From the NCBI GenBank assembly GCA_027729805.1, contig JAQCEO010000002.1, positions 33,987 through 97,986 of the forward strand: a stretch of DNA of 64,000 nucleotides, read 5' to 3'. The notes under the pieces were generated by a model. The model searched no databases. It was not told the DNA's origin and saw only the letters and a program-made list of their open reading frames with translations. Made by a program: the position numbers and the translations under genes. Source of the DNA: Actinomycetota bacterium (lineage in GTDB: Bacteria; Actinomycetota; Actinomycetes; S36-B12). Of the stretch, positions 39,919 through 47,140 are shown in pieces; position 1 is the first letter of the stretch, and the number at the start of each line of letters is the position of its first letter.

Positions 39919-41087
39919 GTGAAAAGCGCACCCTCGGCCACGGGATCATCGGTGCCGGGTGGATGGGACACGTACATGCCCGTGCCACCGCACGGTTGGC
40001 CCACCACTACCCGGATCTCCCAGCGCGCACCACGCTCGTGGCGGTTGCGGACACCCTGCCGAGCCACCTTGAGACCTTCGTTGATCAGCACGGACCGATC
40101 GAGACCACTTTGGACTGGCGCGCGGTGATCGAGGATCCGCGGGTCAGCGTGGTGAGCGTGACCGCGCCCAATGCCGTGCACGCTGAAATCGGTGAAGCGG
40201 TGGCACGCGCCGGTAAGCACCTGTGGATCGAGAAGCCGGTCGGACTGAATGCGGCCGATTGCGCTCGGGTGGCCACGGCGGTTCGCGAGGCCGGGGTGCA
40301 GGCGGCTGTGGGTTTTAACTACCGCAACTTCCCGCCCGTCGAGCACGCCCAGCACCTGATCAGATCCGGTGCCATCGGGACTCCAACACATGCCACGGTG
40401 CGCACGCTCGCGGACTACGCGGCCGATCCGGTCGGCACTTTATCTTGGCGATACACCATCGCGCAGGGGGGTCATGGCATCCTCGCCGACCTCGGTTCGC
40501 ACGGTTTCGACCTGATCCGCATGCTGCTCGGTGACATCGACGAGTTGGTCGCGGACACCGCAACCTTTATCAGCAAGCGGCCCATCGCCAAGCCCGGTGC
40601 GAGCCACTTCGCCACGGCGGACCTCAACGATCCAGACCTCGAGTTCGGCGCGGTGGAGAACGAGGACTACATCTGTGCGCTGCTGCGCATGGCTAATGGT
40701 GCTCGCGTGACCTACGAGGCCGGGCGCTCGTCCATCGGGGATCAGTGCAACTACGGATTCCACATCCATGGCACCGAGGGTGCGTTGAGTTGGGACTTCC
40801 GTCGCTCGGATGAACTGCTGCTCAGCGTCGGCGGCCCCTACCAGGGGCGCCCCACCCAGGTGGTGTTCGGCGAACCGGGAATTGGTGAGTACCAGCGGTT
40901 CCAGCCCGGTGCGGGTGTGGCGATCGGTTATGACGACTCCAAGGTGATCGAACTGGCCCGCCTACTCGAATCGATTGACGCGGGCGCGCCGGTGGGGGCG
41001 ACGATCGAGGACGCGCTGCGGGCTGCGCTCGCGAACGAGGCTGTGCTCGCATCGTTGGCGTCCGGTCACTGGGAGCCGGTGGCATGA
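39915..41087 (+). CDS. Gfo/Idh/MocA-family oxidoreductase
   Basis: HGIIGAGWMGHVHARA; LWIEKPVG motif; ATGA overlap with the previous gene. Confidence 0.8.
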   Translation: MSEKRTLGHGIIGAGWMGHVHARATARLAHHYPDLPARTTLVAVADTLPSHLETFVDQHGPIETTLDWRAVIEDPRVSVVSVTAPNAVHAEIGEAVARAGKHLWIEKPVGLNAADCARVATAVREAGVQAAVGFNYRNFPPVEHAQHLIRSGAIGTPTHATVRTLADYAADPVGTLSWRYTIAQGGHGILADLGSHGFDLIRMLLGDIDELVADTATFISKRPIAKPGASHFATADLNDPDLEFGAVENEDYICALLRMANGARVTYEAGRSSIGDQCNYGFHIHGTEGALSWDFRRSDELLLSVGGPYQGRPTQVVFGEPGIGEYQRFQPGAGVAIGYDDSKVIELARLLESIDAGAPVGATIEDALRAALANEAVLASLASGHWEPVA

Positions 41088-41980
41088 GTGATCTGGCGCT
41101 ACTACCTGCCGGACTCGGTGCGGTAAACACACCTGTGCCGGTGTCGGTGTATTCCGAGGACGGCGAGGTCGATGCTGGAGCACTTGCTGAGGCGACCTTC
41201 TTCGTGCCGATCTATATGGGGCCGCCGACGAACCTCGCACTGATGGAATGCATGCCACAACTTCGCGTCTGCCAAATGTTGACCGCCGGATTCGACAACG
41301 CGTTATCGCATCTACCCGCAGGGGTAATTTTATGTAATGCGGCGGGTGTGCACGATGCGAGCACCGCGGAACTGGCCCTCGGCTTGATCATCGCCAACCT
41401 GCGCGGACTCGACGACGCGGCTCGCGATATGCCGCAAGGAGTCTGGCGACATCGCCGACTGCCCGCATTGGCGGACAAGGTGGTTCTGGTCATCGGTGCT
41501 GGTGGCGTGGGCCAGGCGATCCGTCAGCGGCTCGAGCCTTTCGAGGTCGAGGTGATCATGATGGGCCGGACCGCACGTGCTGGGGTGCGGGGGATGGCGG
41601 AACTAGACGCGATCTTGCCCACGGTGGATGTGGTGATCCTCGCGGTCCCATTGGCCGCCACCACCACGGGTATGGTCGATGCGCACTTCCTGGCCGGCAT
41701 GAAAGATGGGGCTCTGCTGGTTAACGTCGCGCGCGGGCAGGTGGTGCAGACAGATGCACTGCTGGCAGAGCTCACCCGGGGGCGCCTGCGGGCATCCCTT
41801 GATGTGACCGACCCCGAGCCGCTGCCTTCAGACCACCGGCTGTGGTCGGCGCCCGGGTTGCTGATCAGCCCGCATGTCGGGGGCAATTCATCTGCGTTCC
41901 TGCCGCGGGCTCGCCGCCTAGTCCGTGAGCAACTCGAGCGGCTGGCCGTGGGTCATGAACTCGTCAATCGGGTTGCCTGA
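41084..41980 (+). CDS. D-isomer-specific 2-hydroxyacid dehydrogenase family protein (island copy, paralog of 12581-13477)
   Basis: VIGAGGVGQAIRQRL; long identical runs with the core copy (LCNAAGVHDASTAEL, LDVTDPEPLP); the same 298-aa length. Confidence 0.8.
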   Translation: MSDLALLPAGLGAVNTPVPVSVYSEDGEVDAGALAEATFFVPIYMGPPTNLALMECMPQLRVCQMLTAGFDNALSHLPAGVILCNAAGVHDASTAELALGLIIANLRGLDDAARDMPQGVWRHRRLPALADKVVLVIGAGGVGQAIRQRLEPFEVEVIMMGRTARAGVRGMAELDAILPTVDVVILAVPLAATTTGMVDAHFLAGMKDGALLVNVARGQVVQTDALLAELTRGRLRASLDVTDPEPLPSDHRLWSAPGLLISPHVGGNSSAFLPRARRLVREQLERLAVGHELVNRVA

Positions 41981-42022
41981 GGTGGACCCCAGTGCACCTT
42001 TTGCCAACTGCCAACAACTGGC

Positions 42023-42997
42023 ATGCTGATGAGTAAAATGGACATCGTGACCACCGGCAAAGAGGCGAGGGTTGTCACCATGCCATTCGCTGATGCGCTC
42101 GTCTCTTTGGGTCAATCGCGATCAGACGTTGTAGTGCTGAGCGCCGACCTGAGCAACTACACCGACCTAATTCCGTTCCGCGACGCCTTCCCAGATCGAT
42201 TCTTCCAGGTGGGCATGGCGGAACAGAATATGATGGGGATCGCAGGTGGCCTCGCCCGCTCGGGCCTCTTGCCGATCGCTGTCACTTACGGGGTGTTCGC
42301 CACCCGACGAGCCTACGATCAGGTAGCCATGGCTTTGGGCACTGGCACGGTCAAGGCCATCATCGTCGCCTTTCTACCAGGCATCACCACGCCGTTTCGC
42401 GCCACGCACCAAGCAACTGACGATCTTGCGCTGATGCGGGCAATCCCTGGCATGACGGTTATCGACCCAGCCGACTCGACGGAGCTGCGAGCAGCCCTTC
42501 ATGCCGCAGCGGCGAATCCAGGAACGGTCTACCTGCGGGGACTAAGGGGTCTGGTCGAGGAGCGTTTTGATCCCGAGGGCTTCATCTTCGCAATCGGCGC
42601 TGCGCGTCTGGTACGCGACGGACCTGACGCCGCGATCGTAGGGACGGGTCTTGGCACGGCTTGGGCCCTAGATGCCAGTGAAATTCTTGCCGCCCGCGGC
42701 ATCTCGGCGAGCCTGCTGCACGTGCCAACCCTGAAGCCCCTTGATCGCGAAGCCATCGCGGCGCTGGCGGCGCGATTCGCGGTCGTTCATGTTGTCGAAA
42801 ACCACTCGGTGGTAGGCGGCCTAGCTAGTGCTGTTGCCGAGGTGATAGCGGGAATCGGCGCACCAACTCGCGTGAACCCGATAGGTGTGCCAGACCAGTG
42901 GGCGCCGGCCGGTTCACTTGACTACATCAGATCTGAGATCAATTTGTCAGCGGTTGGGATCGCGGACCGCGTGTTGGCGACTTGGACTGGTCCGTGA
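42023..42997 (+). CDS. Split transketolase, C-terminal (Pyr + C-domain) subunit, copy 2
   Basis: FADALVSLG...VVLSADLSN...FQVGMAEQNMMGIAGGLA; the start could also be 42029 or 42038. Confidence 0.85.
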   Translation: MLMSKMDIVTTGKEARVVTMPFADALVSLGQSRSDVVVLSADLSNYTDLIPFRDAFPDRFFQVGMAEQNMMGIAGGLARSGLLPIAVTYGVFATRRAYDQVAMALGTGTVKAIIVAFLPGITTPFRATHQATDDLALMRAIPGMTVIDPADSTELRAALHAAAANPGTVYLRGLRGLVEERFDPEGFIFAIGAARLVRDGPDAAIVGTGLGTAWALDASEILAARGISASLLHVPTLKPLDREAIAALAARFAVVHVVENHSVVGGLASAVAEVIAGIGAPTRVNPIGVPDQWAPAGSLDYIRSEINLSAVGIADRVLATWTGP

Positions 42998-43794
42998 TCT
43001 CTGACAAGGAGCTCGCTGACCGCGCGCAGTCCATCCGTCGTCGATGCATAGCCATGTGCCGCGGACGCGGGCAAGGCTATGTGGGCCAAGGATTGGCGCT
43101 CGCAGACCTAATGGCGGCGTTGTACTTCGATGAGATGCGGCGGACGTCGGCCGGTGACCTGCATGACCGACTCATCTTGTCGACCGGACACAGTGCTATC
43201 GCGCTATACGCGGCACTTGGTGAGCTCGGTGAATTCAGTGCTGACGAGTTGGCCACCTACGGGATGGATGGTTCGCGTATCGAGGAGAGCCCGTTGGCCG
43301 GACTCCCGGGATTCCTAGTTACCGGCGGTTCACTCGGTCAGGGGCTATCGCAAGCTGTTGGCTTTGCGTTAGCCGACCGTTTAAAGGGTTCGGATGCCCG
43401 GACTTTCTGCCTGATCAGCGACGGAGAACTTCAGGAGGGACAGGTTTGGGAGGCGGCGATGTCAGCCGGTCACTACAGGCTCGGATCCCTAGTAGTGCTT
43501 ATTGACGACAACGGGATGCAGGCGGACGGGGATACTGCGCAGGTGATGACAGTACAACCGATCGCGGGGAAGTTCACCGCCTTCGGCTTCAGCGCGAAAA
43601 ATGTGGACGCGAACGATCTGAGTGCGCTTCGGGCTGCATTAGTTAGCACGCGCGAGCCCAGCGACCGCCCGCATGCCCTAGTTTGTCGGACGATCCCGGG
43701 TAAGGGAGCACCGACGCTGGAGGCCTACACAAAAGTGCATTATGTGCGCGCCGCGGACGAGGTCTGGCAGCGCGCGATGAGTGAGATCCGATGA
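42982..43794 (+). CDS. Split transketolase, N-terminal (TPP/PP-domain) subunit, copy 2
   Basis: GQGYVGQGLALADL and SDGELQEGQVWEA TPP motifs. GTG 42994, overlapping the upstream TGA as GTGA, is an equally good start. Confidence 0.85.
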   Translation: MDWSVISDKELADRAQSIRRRCIAMCRGRGQGYVGQGLALADLMAALYFDEMRRTSAGDLHDRLILSTGHSAIALYAALGELGEFSADELATYGMDGSRIEESPLAGLPGFLVTGGSLGQGLSQAVGFALADRLKGSDARTFCLISDGELQEGQVWEAAMSAGHYRLGSLVVLIDDNGMQADGDTAQVMTVQPIAGKFTAFGFSAKNVDANDLSALRAALVSTREPSDRPHALVCRTIPGKGAPTLEAYTKVHYVRAADEVWQRAMSEIR

Positions 43795-44996
43795 TTGACG
43801 TTATCACCGCGATCTCAACAATTCGTTGGAGCGAGCAGCCCAACTGTCTGTGGGTTGAAGTGGAGACCGAGGCGGGACTGGTTGGGCTCGGCGAGACTTA
43901 CTACAACGCGGGCGCAACGGAGTCCGTTGTTCACGACATGGCTGCTCCACTCCTGCTCGGCGCCGATCCCGAGGCCAGGACCTTGCACTGGCGAAATCTT
44001 TTTGCCTGCGCCAACTTCTACGGGTACGCGGGCGCCGAGATGCGCGCGTTCAGCGCCCTAGACATTGCCTTATGGGATATCGCCGGGCGGATACTAGATC
44101 GCCCGATCCATGCGCTGCTTGGGGGCGCGGTGCACGCGGGTGTGCCGATCTACGCCACGTGCGCGGATGCTGGCGGGTACCTAGATCAACAGCGGTCAAT
44201 GACGGATCCAGGTGGCCTCGCGATGGAGTTGCTCGCATCGGGGATCACCGCGATGAAGGTGTGGCCATTTGATCAGTTCGCACCTCAAATCGCTTTCGAA
44301 ACTACGACCGGTCCCGCAGGTTGGTCCGCTATGGGCCCGCCGGGCAGTTACTTATCGAGCACCGATCTCGGTAAGGGCCTTTCCGTGGTGCAACAGATAC
44401 GAGATGCCGTCGGAGACAGCGTCGAGATCATCATTGAGGGCCATTCGCGCTGGGACCTAAACTGTGCGCTGCGAATCCTGCGCGCTCTAGAGCCATACGA
44501 CATCTTGTGGGTCGAAGACATCATGCAACCCGATAGCGTGGGCGATCTGAGGCGACTGGCCCAAGAGACGCGAGTCCCACAGGCGGTCAGCGAGCGACTC
44601 TTCACTCGATATCGCTACCGTGATGTGCTTGAGGCGCAGGCGGCCAACGTCATCATGCTCGACGTGGCGTGGACGGGTGGGATTTCAGAGGCATCGCGAA
44701 TCAGCGACCTTGCCGACACTTTCCATCTTCCCGTCGCTCCACACGACTGCACCGGTCCGGTCACCGCCCTCGCGAATCTCCACTTGTGCGCCGCCAAGAC
44801 CAACATCATGACCACCGAGGTGGTCCGCGGGTTCGTCGACGGCTACTACCTTGATGTTCTTGATACGCGACTGCCGATCAATGGTGGTACGGCCAGCGTT
44901 CCTGCGGGTCCAGGCCTAGGCGCGGCCCTTCGGGATGACTTCCGCGGTCGCCCCGGGGTGTCGATTCGCAGAAGTGATATTGGGCGGCGTACGTGA
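43791..44996 (+). CDS. Enolase-superfamily acid-sugar dehydratase (mandelate racemase/galactonate dehydratase-like)
   Basis: VEVETEAGLVGLGET...ALDIALWDIAGRILDRPIHALLGG...; metal-ligand region IIEGHSRWD...LWVEDI; 401 aa. Confidence 0.8.
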   Translation: MIDVITAISTIRWSEQPNCLWVEVETEAGLVGLGETYYNAGATESVVHDMAAPLLLGADPEARTLHWRNLFACANFYGYAGAEMRAFSALDIALWDIAGRILDRPIHALLGGAVHAGVPIYATCADAGGYLDQQRSMTDPGGLAMELLASGITAMKVWPFDQFAPQIAFETTTGPAGWSAMGPPGSYLSSTDLGKGLSVVQQIRDAVGDSVEIIIEGHSRWDLNCALRILRALEPYDILWVEDIMQPDSVGDLRRLAQETRVPQAVSERLFTRYRYRDVLEAQAANVIMLDVAWTGGISEASRISDLADTFHLPVAPHDCTGPVTALANLHLCAAKTNIMTTEVVRGFVDGYYLDVLDTRLPINGGTASVPAGPGLGAALRDDFRGRPGVSIRRSDIGRRT

Positions 44997-45742
44997 CGCG
45001 GCTGCATGGACTATCGGTGGTAGTGACCGGAGCCGCGGGTGCCATCGGTCAAGAGACCGCGCGTCACCTACTTAAGGCGGGTGCTTCTCGCCTCCTTCTC
45101 ACCGACCTGCCCAGGTCTGGCGTCGACGCGGTTGCTGAGTCGCTGCGCGAGGGACACTTTGAGATTGCGTCCGTGGAAATCGATGTCGCGGACTCGGCCG
45201 CGTTCGTGGATGTCCTAGCGGCACATCAGACCTTCCTCGGCTCGATCGATGTCCTAGTCAATGTTGCGGGCTTCTGGCAGATCATCGACTTCGTCGACAG
45301 TGATGCTGACCAATGGGAGCTGATGATCCGCGCTAATCTCCTAACTGCAATAAGTACCTGTCACAGTGTGCTTCCCCAAATGCTGGCTCAGGGTCGCGGC
45401 TCGATCGTGAACTTCGCCTCCACCGCCGGCGAGTACGGATCGATCCGACCGTCCGCCGCCTACGCGGCTGCCAAAGGTGGTGTCATCGCGTTTACGAAGT
45501 CGCTTGCCCGGGAGGTTTCGCCCCGCGGTGTTCGCGTGAACGCGATCAGTCCAGGACCCATAGACACCCCGGCACTGCAAGCAGCCTCCGATGAGGCGCG
45601 CGCGGGTGCGGCTGCGCGGACGCTCGTGGGTCGCCTCGGCCTGCCCGCGGATATCGCGAGCGGGGTGGTGTTCCTCGCGAGCGATGAGTCGTCTTTCATG
45701 ACGGGAGCGGTGCTTGCCGTCAACGGGGGCAGCCTGCTGTGA
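44993..45742 (+). CDS. Short-chain dehydrogenase/reductase (classical SDR)
   Basis: VVVTGAAGAIGQETA, NFASTAG, catalytic YAAAKGG; GTGA overlap with the dehydratase gene. Confidence 0.85.
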   Translation: MTRLHGLSVVVTGAAGAIGQETARHLLKAGASRLLLTDLPRSGVDAVAESLREGHFEIASVEIDVADSAAFVDVLAAHQTFLGSIDVLVNVAGFWQIIDFVDSDADQWELMIRANLLTAISTCHSVLPQMLAQGRGSIVNFASTAGEYGSIRPSAAYAAAKGGVIAFTKSLAREVSPRGVRVNAISPGPIDTPALQAASDEARAGAAARTLVGRLGLPADIASGVVFLASDESSFMTGAVLAVNGGSLL

Positions 45743-45762
45743 CGCAACAGAGCGCAGGCGGA

Positions 45763-45792
45763 AAAGGGGTTTGGCCTTGGGCTGGCCCCTTT
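45763..45792. terminator. Bidirectional hairpin between the convergent SDR gene and tRNA-Gly
   Basis: AAAGGGG...CCCCTTT stem. On the minus strand it reads AAAGGGG-N16-CCCCTTTTCC, i.e. it is followed by a T-run downstream of the tRNA. Confidence 0.45.
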
Positions 45793-45849
45793 CGTGCCGG
45801 GTCCGTCGGCCCTGCGGGCCTCCTCCCGATCCGCGCGGCCCGCTCTTCG

Positions 45850-45920
45850 AGCGGGTGACCGGGATCGAACCGGCATGGCCAGCTTGGAAGGCTGGGGCTC
45901 TACCATTGAGCTACACCCGC
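45850..45920 (-). tRNA. tRNA-Gly (anticodon UCC), 71 nt, no encoded CCA
   Basis: Reverse complement folds by hand: GCGGGTG-TA-GCTC-AATGGTA-GAGC-C-CCAGC-CTTCCAA-GCTGG-CCAT-GCCGG-TTCGATC-CCGGT-CACCCGC-T. Confidence 0.9.
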
Positions 45921-46003
45921 GAATAACTCGTGCAGTCTAGCCAGACGCCGAAGCTGCGGTGTCGCGAGAATGTGGGCGCAACTCGGTTGCCGTTGGGCGC
46001 GCG

Positions 46004-46052
46004 CGTTTTCGTCGTGAAATCGACTGAGTTTGCCCGTTTCACGACGAAAACG
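46004..46052. repeat. Perfect 16-bp inverted repeat CGTTTTCGTCGTGAAA / TTTCACGACGAAAACG with a 17-nt loop (extendable to ~20 bp with one mismatch, 45999-46057)
   Basis: Read directly from the sequence; lies in the divergent tRNA-Gly/efeU intergenic region. Confidence 0.6.
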
Positions 46053-46117
46053 GGCGCACCCACGAATTGGGTAATAATTTGCCCCCCGAGTGGACATAGC
46101 GGTGAGGTATGGTGATC

Positions 46118-46136
46118 CTTACTAAGGTCAACCTAA
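46118..46136. promoter_or_regulatory. Weak candidate DtxR/IdeR-type iron box upstream of efeU
   Basis: CTTACTAAGGTCAACCTAA matches 12 of 19 positions of the remembered consensus TTAGGTTAGGCTAACCTAA, with a perfect right half (AACCTAA). It ends 23 nt before ATG 46159. Confidence 0.3.
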
Positions 46137-46158
46137 TCACTTCTGACCTAGGAGCTCG

Positions 46159-46989
46159 ATGTTTGCCAATTTCCTCATCGGTCTGCGCGAGGGCCTTGAG
46201 GCCGCGCTGATTGTCGCCATCCTGGTCGCCTATTTGGTCAAGCTTGATCAACGGTCCCAACTCTCGCGGATCTGGGCCGGCGTCGGGGCCGCTATTGGCC
46301 TTTCGGTCCTCGTCACGGTGCTCCTTGTTATCACCGGCAGCGCCTTGGAGCCGCGGGCGGAGCAACTATTCGCGGGCACCATGAGCCTGGTCGCCGTTGG
46401 CCTCATAACGTGGATGATCTTTTGGATGGCGGTGCACGCCAGATCACTGAAATCACACCTGCACGGTGAAGTCGACAAGGCTTTGGTGAGCAGCTCTTGG
46501 GCCTTGGGCGTAGTCGCGTTCGTGGCGGTGGCCCGGGAGGGCCTAGAGACCGCGCTTTTCGTCTGGGCGGCGGCCCAATCAAGTGCGACCGCGACCGCCC
46601 CCTTTATCGGGGCGCTCTTGGGCTTGGCGGTGGCGGTGGCCTTGGGCTTCCTGCTCTATCGCGGCGTCCTGAAGGTTGACCTGGGCCGACTATTCCTTTG
46701 GACGGGGATCGCGCTGATCATCGTGGCCGCGGGCGTACTGATGTATGCGGTGCACGAACTCCAAGAGGCTGGGGTGCTGCCGGGTGAGGAATCGGTGGCA
46801 TTTGATGTCAGTGCCACGGTGCCGAAAGAGAGTTGGTACGGGTCGCTGCTTGCGGCCATCTTTAACTTCCGGGCGGTCACCAGTTGGCTGATGGTGGTGG
46901 CTTGGTTCGCCTACGTGATCCCAACAATGGCCTATTTCTTGGGGCTCGTTAATCGCAAGTCTCCGGCACCGGTCAAATCTGCGGCCTGA
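46159..46989 (+). CDS. efeU: FTR1/EfeU-family high-affinity iron permease
   Basis: Two REGLE motifs (LREGLEAALIV, AREGLETALFV); seven predicted TM helices; 276 aa. Confidence 0.85.
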   Translation: MFANFLIGLREGLEAALIVAILVAYLVKLDQRSQLSRIWAGVGAAIGLSVLVTVLLVITGSALEPRAEQLFAGTMSLVAVGLITWMIFWMAVHARSLKSHLHGEVDKALVSSSWALGVVAFVAVAREGLETALFVWAAAQSSATATAPFIGALLGLAVAVALGFLLYRGVLKVDLGRLFLWTGIALIIVAAGVLMYAVHELQEAGVLPGEESVAFDVSATVPKESWYGSLLAAIFNFRAVTSWLMVVAWFAYVIPTMAYFLGLVNRKSPAPVKSAA

Positions 46990-47032
46990 TTTCGGGTGCA
47001 AGTCGGTACCACCTAGAATCGGCGGGCCAGCG

Positions 47033-47105
47033 CGGGGCGTAGCGTAGTGGCTAGCGCGCCTGCTTTGGGAGCAGGAGACCGGGAGTTCGAATCTCCCCGC
47101 CCCGA
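47033..47105 (+). tRNA. tRNA-Pro (anticodon UGG), 73 nt, no encoded CCA
   Basis: Hand fold: CGGGGCG-TA-GCGT-AGTGGCTA-GCGC-G-CCTGC-TTTGGGA-GCAGG-AGACC-GGGAG-TTCGAAT-CTCCC-CGCCCCG-A. Confidence 0.9.
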
Positions 47106-47140
47106 CAACCCTTAGCCCAACCACGATGGAATGAGCAGCT

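Noticed and set aside
45900-46115. Two ~60-aa ORFs on opposite strands covering the tRNA-Gly 5' flank and the long hairpin
   Set aside because: They overlap a tRNA gene and a perfect palindrome, which generates mirror ORFs on both strands. There is no SD and no motifs.
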